From positions 1 to 45,525 of IMG/VR virus record IMGVR_UViG_2531839662_000040: a stretch of DNA of 45,525 nt. The stretch is one strand, 5' to 3'. The translations under genes were made by a program, and so were the position numbers. The stretch is from a virus (lineage: Duplodnaviria > Heunggongvirae > Uroviricota > Caudoviricetes). The notes below the pieces were generated by a model that was given only the letters and a program-made list of their open reading frames with translations, was not told where the DNA came from and did no database searches. The first letter of the stretch is position 1. Each line of letters opens with the position of its first letter. Below, piece after piece: positions 1 to 8,925 of this stretch.

Positions 1-234
1 ATGGTTAGAAATGAAGTAATGAACAAAGACTGGCACCGCGAGTACATCGTTGCCGCTGTGCACACCAAAGGTTTTACATTGCGTGAACTTTCTGAACGCG
101 CTGGTCTAAAAAAAGACTCTTTAAAAAATGCACTGTATCGCTCATGCCCTAAATATGAACGCATCATAGCCGATGCTATTGGTGTGGAACCTGCGGAGAT
201 CTGGCCAAGCCGGTATGCCAGTAAGGCGGCGTAA
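1..234 (+). CDS. ner: Ner-like DNA-binding transcriptional regulator (Mu early negative regulator family)
   Basis: 77 aa; motifs DWHR...LKK...WPSRY resemble Mu Ner/Nlp; sits immediately upstream of the transposase with a TAATG overlap. Confidence 0.75.
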   Translation: MVRNEVMNKDWHREYIVAAVHTKGFTLRELSERAGLKKDSLKNALYRSCPKYERIIADAIGVEPAEIWPSRYASKAA

Positions 235-2276
235 TGTTTTATCCAGCCAATGAGCTGGCCGGTCTTCCTGGTTTGCCCGGTACAGTTCAGGGGGTGCGCT
301 GGACGCTCAATCGGATCACAGAGACGCACCCGGAATGGAAGCGCAAGCGTGAAGGCACAAAAGCATTCGAGTATCACATCGACTGCCTGCCCGCTGAAGC
401 GCAGAAAGTTTTACGTAAGCGCCTGACCCATCAGGTCCTGGAAGATACGCAACTGCCCGCAGTGGTTGAGCAGAAGGCAGTTAAAAACGTCACCGTTCGC
501 GATGAACTGGAGGTGATGGTCAAATGCCCGGAACTGGCATTACGCGAAGTCCAGGCACTGACCGACAAGCAAAAGGCCATCGCTGATGCGCGGATATTGC
601 TGGCTACCGAAGTGCATAAACTGCGTGAATACGCAGGAATGTCCAGGACGGCGGCGATAAAACACATCGTTGATGGTATCCGCCAGGAGGCTTTGCCCGA
701 GCGTGTTATTGTGGCAGGTAATACTGCTAATGCCCGACAGGGTAAACGGACTGGCGTCAGTACAGGGAGTTTACAGGAATGGTATTCCGCCTGGCTGATG
801 GCGCGCGGTGATGCCAATCAGTTACTGGCGTTACTGGCTCCCGGTCATCATAAGGGAACACCGTGGGAGCAGGTCTGGTGGTTGAGCGATTTCTTTATGT
901 TCTATCGCTCATGGAAGCGCCCGACCGTTGAATATGCGTATCGCGAGTTTTCAGCCTGGTGGCATGAAAAACACGCGAACGATGCGGGAATGCTGGCGGC
1001 ACTGCCTTCAGTTCACGCAGTAAGACGGGTGTTAAGCAGCGTCCCGGTGATTGTTAAAGAGCGTTTCCGCTCCACCGGTTCAGCCTGGCGTTCGCTCAAT
1101 CCCTTTGTGCGGCGCGACTGGACATCATTACCGGTTAATGCGGTATGGGTCGGGGATGGTCACTGTATGAAAATGACCGCGTTTAACCCCCTGACCGGCA
1201 ATATTTTCCGGCCAGAAGTGACGCTGGTTATGGATGCGGGGCAACGCTTTGTTGTGGGCTGGTCACTGTCCCTGTCGGAGAACGTGATAGCCGTTGCTGA
1301 TGCGTTACGTTACGGCATGGCGCAGCACGGGATACCGCTGATTTATTACTCCGATAACGGGGGCGGTGAAAAAAACCGGGTGCTTGATGCCGATATTACC
1401 GGGATTCTGCCCCGGCTGGGTGTGGAACATCACACGGGGATACCAGGTAACCCGCAGGGGCGCGGGGTGATTGAACGGGCAAACAAAGGAATACCCAAAG
1501 ACGTGGCTCTGAGTTTCCAGACGTACTGCGCAAGGGATGCAGACAAGGAAACCGTAATGATGCAGCAACGGATTATGCAGTCAGCCATTAAGGCCACCCA
1601 CAAAGGGAAAGAGCTGACAAAACGGCAGGTTAAGGCGAGGGATGAAATCCCTACCTTTGAGCAACTGATGGCCGCCATAGAGCTGGAGGTCAGACGCTAT
1701 AACAACCGGCCACACAGCAGCCTACCCCGCAAAGAGGATGGCGAATATTACAGCCCGGCAGCGTATCGCCGGAAACTGATAAAAGAGCAGAATGTTGAAA
1801 TTGATTTCCTGTCGCCGGAAGAACTGCATGAAATGTTCAGACCGGAAGTGACGCGCAAAACATTTCGCGGGGAAATTCAGTTATTCAACAATATTTATTA
1901 CTCGTATGAGCTGGCCGCAGAGCACGGGAATGAAGTCAGGGTCAGTTACGATATTCATGATGCAAACAGCGTCATTGTCCGGCGGGCTGATGGCTCTTAT
2001 ATCTGCGATGCCATCTGGAACGGTAACAAGGTTGATGCCTTCGCTAAACCAGTTATCGAACAAAAACTGGAGAAACGCGTCAGGGGCCGCATTGCACGGG
2101 CCACGCAGAAAATCGAAGAGGCTAAACGCGAGCTTACCCCGGCCATTACGCAGAAGCCTGACTTTAATCTGGGATATGGACTGGAACGTCAGGAGAAAAA
2201 GGAAAAAGAAGAACTTTATTTATTCGTGTCTGACCGTGAGCGCAATTTAAAGAAAAACGGCACAAATAATCGTTAA
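234..2276 (+). CDS. Mu A-like DDE transposase
   Basis: 680 aa, size and position (after ner, before B-like ATPase) match MuA; Mu-type synteny throughout. Confidence 0.85.
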   Translation: MFYPANELAGLPGLPGTVQGVRWTLNRITETHPEWKRKREGTKAFEYHIDCLPAEAQKVLRKRLTHQVLEDTQLPAVVEQKAVKNVTVRDELEVMVKCPELALREVQALTDKQKAIADARILLATEVHKLREYAGMSRTAAIKHIVDGIRQEALPERVIVAGNTANARQGKRTGVSTGSLQEWYSAWLMARGDANQLLALLAPGHHKGTPWEQVWWLSDFFMFYRSWKRPTVEYAYREFSAWWHEKHANDAGMLAALPSVHAVRRVLSSVPVIVKERFRSTGSAWRSLNPFVRRDWTSLPVNAVWVGDGHCMKMTAFNPLTGNIFRPEVTLVMDAGQRFVVGWSLSLSENVIAVADALRYGMAQHGIPLIYYSDNGGGEKNRVLDADITGILPRLGVEHHTGIPGNPQGRGVIERANKGIPKDVALSFQTYCARDADKETVMMQQRIMQSAIKATHKGKELTKRQVKARDEIPTFEQLMAAIELEVRRYNNRPHSSLPRKEDGEYYSPAAYRRKLIKEQNVEIDFLSPEELHEMFRPEVTRKTFRGEIQLFNNIYYSYELAAEHGNEVRVSYDIHDANSVIVRRADGSYICDAIWNGNKVDAFAKPVIEQKLEKRVRGRIARATQKIEEAKRELTPAITQKPDFNLGYGLERQEKKEKEELYLFVSDRERNLKKNGTNNR

Positions 2277-2294
2277 TTTAAAAGGTATTTAATT

Positions 2295-3188
2295 ATGAGT
2301 TTAATTACGCAATTAAATGACGTAATGGCCCGTCGCGGCTTTACGCAGACCCACGTTGCCCGTGCTATTGGTCGTAGCAGCGCCGTTATCAACCAGTATT
2401 TGCAGGGCAAATATCAGGGCGATATGGCTGATATTGAAGAACGTATTTCTGCCTTTGTGACCCGTGAATGGGAAAAGGAAAACAACCGCCGTATTAAAGT
2501 GCGATTTGTCACCACCGGCATGGCCGCCAAAGGGCTGGAGGTGCTGACCTACGCCCATCTGGAGTGTGATATTTGCGTGCTGTATGGCGCGGCGGGTCTG
2601 GGTAAAAGCATGATTCTGAGTGAATATGCCGCCAGAAACCGGGATGTAGTGCTCATTGAAGCCGATATTGGCTATACGGCCAGAAAGTTACTCGATGAAC
2701 TGTGCCGTCAGCTTGGGGTAAAGGTTCACGGCGATATTCGCGAGAAGATTGATGCCTGTGTGCGTGAACTGCGTGGGTCAGGTCGTCTGCTGATGGTGGA
2801 TGAGGCTGAACTGCTCCCCTATCGTGCACTGGAGGTATTGCGCCGTCTGCATGACAAAGCGGGTATCGGGATTGTCCTGGCGGGTATGCCTCACCTTCTG
2901 ATTAACCTTAAGGGCCGTTGTGGTGAGTTCGCTCAATTATACAGCCGCGTGGCGCTGGCGCTTAACCTGGGCGATACGCTGACGCAGGAAGATTTTAACA
3001 AGATTGCCACAGACATGATGCCGGAAGCGGCGGACCCGGAAATTGGTGAGGCACTTTACACACGTTCGCTGGGTAATGCCCGTCGTCTGTTCAAGCTGGC
3101 GCGCGGTGTGTACCGGATTTGTGATATCAGCGATGCACCGGTCAGTGTGCAGGCCATTGATAAATATTCAGAAATGTTAATTCACTGA
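2295..3188 (+). CDS. Mu B-like AAA+ transposition ATPase
   Basis: 297 aa; N-terminal HTH-like region, Walker A GAAGLGKS, Walker B-like LLMVDEAE; directly follows transposase. Confidence 0.8.
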   Translation: MSLITQLNDVMARRGFTQTHVARAIGRSSAVINQYLQGKYQGDMADIEERISAFVTREWEKENNRRIKVRFVTTGMAAKGLEVLTYAHLECDICVLYGAAGLGKSMILSEYAARNRDVVLIEADIGYTARKLLDELCRQLGVKVHGDIREKIDACVRELRGSGRLLMVDEAELLPYRALEVLRRLHDKAGIGIVLAGMPHLLINLKGRCGEFAQLYSRVALALNLGDTLTQEDFNKIATDMMPEAADPEIGEALYTRSLGNARRLFKLARGVYRICDISDAPVSVQAIDKYSEMLIH

Positions 3189-3427
3189 TGGAGAGCAAGA
3201 CGATGGACAAGCAGACCATTAACGCCGTCCGTTCCCGTGCCCGTGTGGCCATCCACACCACTGGCGGTCGTGTAACGGGGCAGCATCACCGTTTACCTGT
3301 GGTTTATGCCTGCCCGCCCGTGGGTGGTCCTGTATGGCCGGTAACGGAAATCATCCAGACATTCAGCGGCCTGCGTCGTGTGGTTAAAACGTCCTGTATC
3401 GACGGCTGTACCGTCGTATGGCAATAA
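3188..3427 (+). CDS. hypothetical early protein (Cys-containing, 79 aa)
   Basis: ORF with TGATG coupling to B stop; alternative ATG at 3203; no recognisable domain. Confidence 0.3.
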   Translation: MESKTMDKQTINAVRSRARVAIHTTGGRVTGQHHRLPVVYACPPVGGPVWPVTEIIQTFSGLRRVVKTSCIDGCTVVWQ

Positions 3428-3442
3428 AACGAGGAATTAAAA

Positions 3443-3694
3443 GTGAGCGTGAAATTAACAATAGTATTTACCGACCTGGGTAATAACCAGTGCCATAACC
3501 TTATTCGGGTGGAAAATGGCGACAATGCCACACTCGAAGAAGCGGCAAGAACTCTGGGGACTGTTGGCGCTATTTGTACGATTCTGAAGGAGAAACACGG
3601 AAATGAACGGCTTGATCTGCAAATCTACCATGACTACGTGAAACAACTGGCACAGGGATGTCCGTATATTCCTCAAGAAACACAAATGCATTGA
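3443..3694 (+). CDS. hypothetical early protein
   Basis: GTG start preceded by GAGGA; N-terminus MSVKLTIVFT resembles that of ORF 3886..4101, suggesting paralogy. Confidence 0.35.
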   Translation: MSVKLTIVFTDLGNNQCHNLIRVENGDNATLEEAARTLGTVGAICTILKEKHGNERLDLQIYHDYVKQLAQGCPYIPQETQMH

Positions 3695-3704
3695 GGGATG
3701 AAAT

Positions 3705-3896
3705 ATGTCACTGGAGCTTGAATTAACTTTCAGCCTGGACAGGCCAGGTAAACCGGAGAAAGCCGTCGCGACGTATCAGTTGCCGCCTGATGTCACGGGA
3801 GAGCAGGTTTCCGACATTATCATAAAAACTCACTGTTTTATGAACGAAATTATTTTTAAATCGTTTGATTTCAAAGGAGAAAAACATGGCGGTTAA
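3705..3896 (+). CDS. hypothetical early protein
   Basis: ATG preceded by GAGGGA; 63 aa. Confidence 0.3.
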   Translation: MSLELELTFSLDRPGKPEKAVATYQLPPDVTGEQVSDIIIKTHCFMNEIIFKSFDFKGEKHGG

Positions 3897-4101
3897 GTTG
3901 GAAGTAATTATCTATACCAATGAAAAAGGCAGGGTTTTAACCCAGATTACAGGAAGTTATTTGAAGGATGGCGCTTCTGAAAGGGAGTTTCAGGTGGCAA
4001 CAGGATTGCATGATGTTATCAAGGAAGCACTGAGAAATGACTACAACGGCGTGAATATTTTTTCTGAAAACGCTGCGCCCTGCGCACATAACACAAATTA
4101 A
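3886..4101 (+). CDS. hypothetical early protein
   Basis: ATG at 3886 preceded by AAGGAG at good spacing (the ORF track's 3865 start is TTG); N-terminus MAVKLEVIIYT similar to ORF 3443. Confidence 0.35.
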   Translation: MAVKLEVIIYTNEKGRVLTQITGSYLKDGASEREFQVATGLHDVIKEALRNDYNGVNIFSENAAPCAHNTN

Positions 4102-4130
4102 TCTGTAAATATCACTGAGGTAATTTAATT

Positions 4131-4775
4131 ATGACGACTGAAAATAAAGTTAAGCAATACACGAAAACTCAAGCACCTGAAGGTTACTGGGTGGATGCCC
4201 GTGGCGTAATGACACCTGAAAGCCTTATCAAAGATATTGACCGCGACCGTGAGCAGCTGGTCGGTGAGCTTGTGGAGATGGTGATTGCTGCCTCTGCCTC
4301 ACTGCGTGAACTGAAACTACGTGCCTTTGGTGATATTCAGGCGTTTATTGACCTGTCGGCGAAAAAATACGGCGCTGTGAAAGGCGGTAAAAAAGGGAAT
4401 ATCACGCTGTACAGCTTTGACGGGCGTTACAAGATTCAGCGCGCCATGCAGGACCGTATCGCGCTTGATGAACGCATTCAGACCGCGAAGGCACTGATTG
4501 ATGACTGCCTGGCTGACTGGACGGAAGGTGCACGCCCTGAAATTAAAGCCATCATCAGCGAGGCATTCAGCACGGACAAGGAAGGCAACATTAACACCGG
4601 GCGCGTTCTGGCTCTGCGTCGTCTCGATATTACGGAGGAACGCTGGGATAACGCCATGAAACTGATTGGTGAAGCCGTCCAGGTGGTTGGCAGCAGAAGC
4701 TATATCCGCGTGTATGAGCGCGTCGGTGATTCTGATGAATACCGCGCAATCCCGCTTGATATTGCAGGGGTTTAA
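4131..4775 (+). CDS. DUF3164-like Mu-like prophage early protein
   Basis: 214 aa; recalled resemblance to the DUF3164 family common in Mu-like early regions; not similar to Mu Gam. Confidence 0.45.
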   Translation: MTTENKVKQYTKTQAPEGYWVDARGVMTPESLIKDIDRDREQLVGELVEMVIAASASLRELKLRAFGDIQAFIDLSAKKYGAVKGGKKGNITLYSFDGRYKIQRAMQDRIALDERIQTAKALIDDCLADWTEGARPEIKAIISEAFSTDKEGNINTGRVLALRRLDITEERWDNAMKLIGEAVQVVGSRSYIRVYERVGDSDEYRAIPLDIAGV

Positions 4776-4776
4776 C

Positions 4777-5010
4777 ATGCATCAGGATATCAAAGAGTAC
4801 AGAGCCGGAAATAGTTGCGCGGCGTATTCGCTGGGCGCGTCCAGAGCAGAACAACGCGGCGATTATGCCGAGGCTGAAAAGCTGTGGCGTAAGGCAGCGC
4901 AAAGCCCGTGTAGTACTCTGCGCCGCATCTGGGCAGAACACCGGGCACAGTTCTGTGCTAATGCTCACCAGAAAGGATGGAAGCCGATTCATGAACGCGA
5001 AACGCTTTAA
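4777..5010 (+). CDS. hypothetical early protein
   Basis: ATG at 4777 two nt after preceding stop; 77 aa. Confidence 0.3.
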   Translation: MHQDIKEYRAGNSCAAYSLGASRAEQRGDYAEAEKLWRKAAQSPCSTLRRIWAEHRAQFCANAHQKGWKPIHERETL

Positions 5011-5182
5011 TCAGTTATATCCGCCTGGTACTCGTTTCATGCACATTGCACATCAGGCGGTGCGTGGTGGTCGGGTGGTAAAAACTGTTGCACCGGCCAG
5101 AGATTTTAAATGTGGTTGTGTGGTTGAAATTAATGTCGAGCCTTATTTCGTAAAAGTCGAAACACTGAAAGCACCGCATTAA
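4991..5182 (+). CDS. hypothetical small protein
   Basis: internal ATG of ORF 4865..5182; overlaps previous ORF end by 20 nt. Confidence 0.25.
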   Translation: MNAKRFNQLYPPGTRFMHIAHQAVRGGRVVKTVAPARDFKCGCVVEINVEPYFVKVETLKAPH

Positions 5183-5212
5183 TTTAATTTGTTTTTAATT
5201 GTTATTTAAAAC

Positions 5213-5247
5213 AGGCGTAAACCCGTCGGGCTGGCTTACGCCTGAAT
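5213..5247. repeat. intergenic hairpin element, copy 1 (GGCGTAAACCCGYCGGGCTGGCTTACGCC)
   Basis: 7-bp stem GGCGTAA/TTACGCC with 15-nt loop, preceded by AT-rich tract, about 15 nt upstream of the next start; near-identical copy at 5837..5871. Confidence 0.4.
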
Positions 5248-5262
5248 TAAGGGGATTTGTAT

Positions 5263-5751
5263 ATGAAAGATAAAGTCTGGGATTTTATTGTTACTCCTGA
5301 AGGTTTTGCTACCCGTTCATCTGAGAAGTTAACCAATGTAACGTTATGGGCGTCATCATTGCTGGGCCATCTGGGAGCACCTGCCGATTTTATGTATGTG
5401 GTACTTGATGCACAGATTGCCGGGAATGCTATGGCCAGTAAGGGGGCTTATATTCAGGGGGATTTGTTCGCCATGATGGCGAATGACACAGCAGCGCTGT
5501 ATATCGCCACACGGAACATACTGACAAGAATATCCATGCTGTCTGACTGTAAGGATATGGAAGACCTCGCATACATCCTTGAAGATGATTTGCTCACTAT
5601 CTCAGGTGTGCAGGAATCCCTCCCGCGTCAGTTGCGGTTTATTGACCTGGTGGAGTCATATAAAGATAAGCCTGATTTTTTCAGATTCGATTCAGTGGAA
5701 TGGAACTGCTGGATGAATATTATCCGCTGGATTCGATTGCCCGTGATGTGA
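5263..5751 (+). CDS. hypothetical protein, possibly frameshifted at 3' end
   Basis: ATG at 5263 with AAGGGG RBS; last ~20 codons are W/C-rich while an overlapping frame (about 5676..5807) reads as ordinary protein. Confidence 0.4.
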   Translation: MKDKVWDFIVTPEGFATRSSEKLTNVTLWASSLLGHLGAPADFMYVVLDAQIAGNAMASKGAYIQGDLFAMMANDTAALYIATRNILTRISMLSDCKDMEDLAYILEDDLLTISGVQESLPRQLRFIDLVESYKDKPDFFRFDSVEWNCWMNIIRWIRLPVM

Positions 5752-5836
5752 AGGCGTTCGTAAAGTCTGTTGACCGTCATTACCGGAAAGCTGAACGTCG
5801 TAGTTAATAAGTCTGTTTTTAATTTTATTGGTATAT

Positions 5837-5871
5837 GGCGTAAACCCGCCGGGGCTGGCTTACGCCTGAAT
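5837..5871. repeat. intergenic hairpin element, copy 2
   Basis: same stem and loop as 5213..5247 with one loop substitution; again just upstream of an ORF start. Confidence 0.4.
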
Positions 5872-6083
5872 CAGAGAGAGTTTATTTATGAATATCGCTA
5901 AGCAAAAAAAGTTCGCCCGCGAAATTAATCTGACAATCGTTTGTTTTAATCGTCTTGCGACCAGTTCTCAATCGACAGCAGATGTTCATTCAGTACCGCA
6001 GCCAGAACGAACTCCCCACGTTCCTGATGGCCGTGCCGGAAGTTGCGTAATTCAGAATTCAGGATGCTGAGGTTCAGACGACC

Positions 6084-6794
6084 ATGAAAGATAAATACAT
6101 TGCCAAAATCAAAAAACTGTTACGCCTTGCCAGAGGAACATCAAGCCCGGAAGAAGCCGCTAACGCTATTGCAAAAGCCCAGGTTTATATGCGCCAGCAT
6201 GGTATCAGCGAAAACGACGCTGAATTGTTCGACATTCAGGAAGCTGCCAGCGCGGGTGCGCCGAGTGATGCCAGTACGCCGCCGCGTTATATGCACATCC
6301 TGTGTGACCTGGTCTGTAAAGCCTTCGGTGTCGAGTGTTACATCTCCGGTGAGTACCGGGCTTCTGGTTCACTCAAACGTCACGTGCGTTTTTATGGCTC
6401 TGACAGCCGCCCGGAAATCGCGGCTTACGCGTTTGATGTGCTTTCCCGTCAGATGATGGCAGAGCGCAAGAAATATCAGGATAAACACTGCAAACGTTGC
6501 GGTCCGTCCACGCGGGTAGCCCGTGGCGACCAGTTCTGCGAAGGCTGGGTCTTTGGTGCCCGTGATGTCATTGCGGTGTATGACGTCTCCCCGGAAGAAA
6601 AAAGCCGCCTTGAGCTTTACAGAAAGAACCTGCACAGCACTAAGGGACTGCGCGACGGGGATATGCGCACAGCTAAAGCGTGTCGGGGTGCAGAGTTTGC
6701 CGCTACTGCGGGTTTTATCGCCAGGAAAAACGCCAGACTGCATCAGGGGGTTAATGGTCAGAGCAACAGACCGCTGGCACTGGGGAGGGTGTAA
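6084..6794 (+). CDS. DUF2786-family protein
   Basis: N-terminus KIKKLLRLARG...EEAANAIAKAQ matches the recalled DUF2786 signature; 236 aa. Confidence 0.5.
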   Translation: MKDKYIAKIKKLLRLARGTSSPEEAANAIAKAQVYMRQHGISENDAELFDIQEAASAGAPSDASTPPRYMHILCDLVCKAFGVECYISGEYRASGSLKRHVRFYGSDSRPEIAAYAFDVLSRQMMAERKKYQDKHCKRCGPSTRVARGDQFCEGWVFGARDVIAVYDVSPEEKSRLELYRKNLHSTKGLRDGDMRTAKACRGAEFAATAGFIARKNARLHQGVNGQSNRPLALGRV

Positions 6795-6796
6795 CG

Positions 6797-7024
6797 ATGG
6801 CTTTTAAACTTCTCAGTGTTACCGAAGCAATATACCAGCCTCCCGGAGAACGCCACGAATACAGGATGAATGACGGTAGCGCGGCGGTTGAGTTTCCCAA
6901 ATATCCGGGGGCTTCCCGGTGGCGGTTCTATGACAGTGCGGGACGCCGGATTATTAAAAGAACCGTGCACAACGCCATGAAAGCCGCCGTAGAACGTCAC
7001 AAAAGAAGGTTTAACTGCAAATGA
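6797..7024 (+). CDS. hypothetical protein
   Basis: 75 aa ORF immediately following previous stop. Confidence 0.3.
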   Translation: MAFKLLSVTEAIYQPPGERHEYRMNDGSAAVEFPKYPGASRWRFYDSAGRRIIKRTVHNAMKAAVERHKRRFNCK

Positions 7025-7240
7025 ATATTGAATTTTATGACTACGGAGTCACCGCAAAAATCATTGTTACATGCTGGTTCTGGGAGTTCCGCGCTATTGC
7101 CGGGTTGTGGATGCGGCGCTGTTTGTGGCCCCTGAAGTACACCATCAGAGCGGTGGAGGTCTTTTAATGAGAACCGTCATCACCGGTAAAACGGTCCCGA
7201 TGTTACGGGCGTTTAAAGTGGCAAAACAGGAGGCGACACG

Positions 7241-7555
7241 ATGAGCATTGATAAAACGATAACGATAGATGTAGCCATGAATACAGGTCTGGCGCTTATC
7301 GGTTATGGCTATATCACTTTTATGTCATTCAGGTGGTTGATTTCTTCGGTCTTTAAACAATGTGAAAAACGTCGCTGCAAAGACAAGCGCGTGAAGGCAC
7401 TAAATGCGTTTAATGACGCTTTTGATATTGACCGTATGCAACAGGGCGACCCGGCACGCGTAATTACCCGGGGAGATGTCGTGATTTTGGTATACCGGAG
7501 TGAAAAAATGAGCAGGAGGCGGCGCAGTGAACCAGCAAACCAGAATAAGCGATAA
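7241..7555 (+). CDS. small membrane protein (one predicted TM helix)
   Basis: hydrophobic segment NTGLALIGYGYITFMSFRWLISSVF followed by basic tail; RBS AGGAGG upstream. Confidence 0.35.
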   Translation: MSIDKTITIDVAMNTGLALIGYGYITFMSFRWLISSVFKQCEKRRCKDKRVKALNAFNDAFDIDRMQQGDPARVITRGDVVILVYRSEKMSRRRRSEPANQNKR

Positions 7556-7715
7556 GAGTCTGACCAGACTGATTGCCGATGCGGACAAGGTGCTGGAGCG
7601 GAACACCCCCGTTGCCGATGAGGAATGGTGGCAGGATTTCCGGGCCGCAATGCTGGAACTTCAGGAGCGCCGCAGGGCTGACAGTACAGAGTCAGTAGTA
7701 AATACAGGAGAATGA
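7527..7715 (+). CDS. hypothetical protein
   Basis: GTG-start ORF, acidic 62 aa. Confidence 0.25.
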   Translation: MNQQTRISDKSLTRLIADADKVLERNTPVADEEWWQDFRAAMLELQERRRADSTESVVNTGE

Positions 7716-7719
7716 AACG

Positions 7720-7896
7720 ATGAAAAACCGTAAAGCAATACGACTTCTTTTACAGCGACCTGTGTGTATGGTGTCGCTGGTTATCAGCAACCATAAGATA
7801 GCTGTACTCCATCCATTTGGTCAGGTGGCTTTTACCGTAAATCGTAAACCCACCGCGTCACAGAACAGGCGGAAGAAAGGGTACGCAGTAAGATGA
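7720..7896 (+). CDS. small basic protein (MKNRKA paralog 1, 58 aa)
   Basis: ATG just after AGGAG; not in the ORF track (<60 aa); shares start and C-terminal QNRRK motif with the next ORF. Confidence 0.25.
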   Translation: MKNRKAIRLLLQRPVCMVSLVISNHKIAVLHPFGQVAFTVNRKPTASQNRRKKGYAVR

Positions 7897-8069
7897 AAAA
7901 CCGTAAGGCAAAAATTCTGTTAGCTCGCAGAAACGGTGTTGGGGTCTGGCGATGGTTGAGGATTAGTAACAGACGAGTGAGGTTGACGGGGTGTTGCGGG
8001 GTGATGTTGCACAGCTGTTGCAAAAAGCCCAGCGCGGCGCAAAACCGCAGGAAAAATCACGGTATGTAA
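7893..8069 (+). CDS. small basic Cys-rich protein (MKNRKA paralog 2, 58 aa)
   Basis: ATGA overlap with paralog 1 stop; first 19-21 nt near-identical to paralog 1. Confidence 0.25.
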   Translation: MKNRKAKILLARRNGVGVWRWLRISNRRVRLTGCCGVMLHSCCKKPSAAQNRRKNHGM

Positions 8070-8081
8070 AGGAGGTGCCAG

Positions 8082-8492
8082 GTGAAGAAAATGGTTTTTG
8101 TGGCGGCATTGCTGACAATTACCCAACAGGCGCAGGCTTCAGCAGTTATTGTGGCATCTGCCGCTGCGACCACGGCTGCTGTAGCTGCTGCAAACTCTGC
8201 GAATATCGCAAGCCAACAGGAGCGAGACGCTGCTAACGCATCAGCCAGTGCTCTCCCGATTTCTGTTAAGGGCAGTAAGCAACATCTGGGGTTCATAACG
8301 TGCGGTAAGCGTTCTTATGAAGCTGTAGGCTCACTGGGATGTACGGTATATGGCGACAGTGAGAGCAGAGAAATTCCATGGAAAACGTGGCCCGGATACG
8401 TTCTTGGCTCGAAGCTCCCGGCCAGTTATGAGGTAAACGCCGTGTCGTTTGATCACTATAACGGCGTGGCAACTGTCTATTTCACATACTGA
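8082..8492 (+). CDS. secreted protein with N-terminal signal peptide
   Basis: GTG start 6 nt after AAAGGAGG; MKKMVFVAALLTITQQAQA signal-like N-terminus followed by Ala-rich region. Confidence 0.5.
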   Translation: MKKMVFVAALLTITQQAQASAVIVASAAATTAAVAAANSANIASQQERDAANASASALPISVKGSKQHLGFITCGKRSYEAVGSLGCTVYGDSESREIPWKTWPGYVLGSKLPASYEVNAVSFDHYNGVATVYFTY

Positions 8493-8596
8493 GGCCCGGC
8501 ATGAAATTTTCTGAATCACGGAGCAACAACACGATGAAAGCCATCACCGTAACTCGACGTTCCTGATTTCGCGGGTTGTTTAAACAGTAATCAAAT

Positions 8597-8624
8597 GCAG
8601 ACCAAAACATATGTTTTGGTCTGC
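8597..8624. promoter_or_regulatory. perfect 28-bp palindrome GCAGACCAAAACATATGTTTTGGTCTGC
   Basis: read directly; second partial half-site TTTTGGTC 12 nt downstream; sits before ORF 8647. Confidence 0.35.
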
Positions 8625-8646
8625 CAAAAGTAGTGTTTTGGTCATT

Positions 8647-8925
8647 ATGAAGATTGAACAAATCGGAATAGCTGCTTTCAGGCAGCAGGCTGAAAGCGGT
8701 GGCGTGGATGAGTTCGTTGTGCAGCGGTTCGGTGGTGTGTATCACCTCTTCGCTGTGAATCGCCACGCCGGGGTGTCCTATTTTCTACAGGAACGCCGTG
8801 GCGATTACAAGACATGGCTGTCTCTTGACCGTGCCGCTGCGTTCTTGTCAGGGATTGGCGTTTCACGTTTTACCGTGCGTTTTGAGGATAACAAACATGC
8901 TGAAAAAGATGATCGGGGCCATTAA
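8647..8925 (+). CDS. hypothetical protein
   Basis: ATG at 8647 (ORF track 8611 start lies inside the palindrome); 92 aa. Confidence 0.3.
   Translation: MKIEQIGIAAFRQQAESGGVDEFVVQRFGGVYHLFAVNRHAGVSYFLQERRGDYKTWLSLDRAAAFLSGIGVSRFTVRFEDNKHAEKDDRGH

Noticed and set aside
234-2276. Transposase as part of an IS element or composite transposon
   Set aside because: It is followed by a B-like ATPase and full phage early/late gene sets in Mu order, so it is the prophage replicative transposase, not an independent IS.
4131-4775. Assignment as Mu Gam (host-nuclease inhibitor)
   Set aside because: The translation does not resemble what I recall of Mu Gam and is longer (214 aa); a DUF3164-type early protein is more consistent.
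7991-8236. ORF 7991..8236 (81 aa, Cys-rich)
   Set aside because: It overlaps in another frame the well-supported signal-peptide gene starting at a strong RBS (8082); likely a spurious frame.
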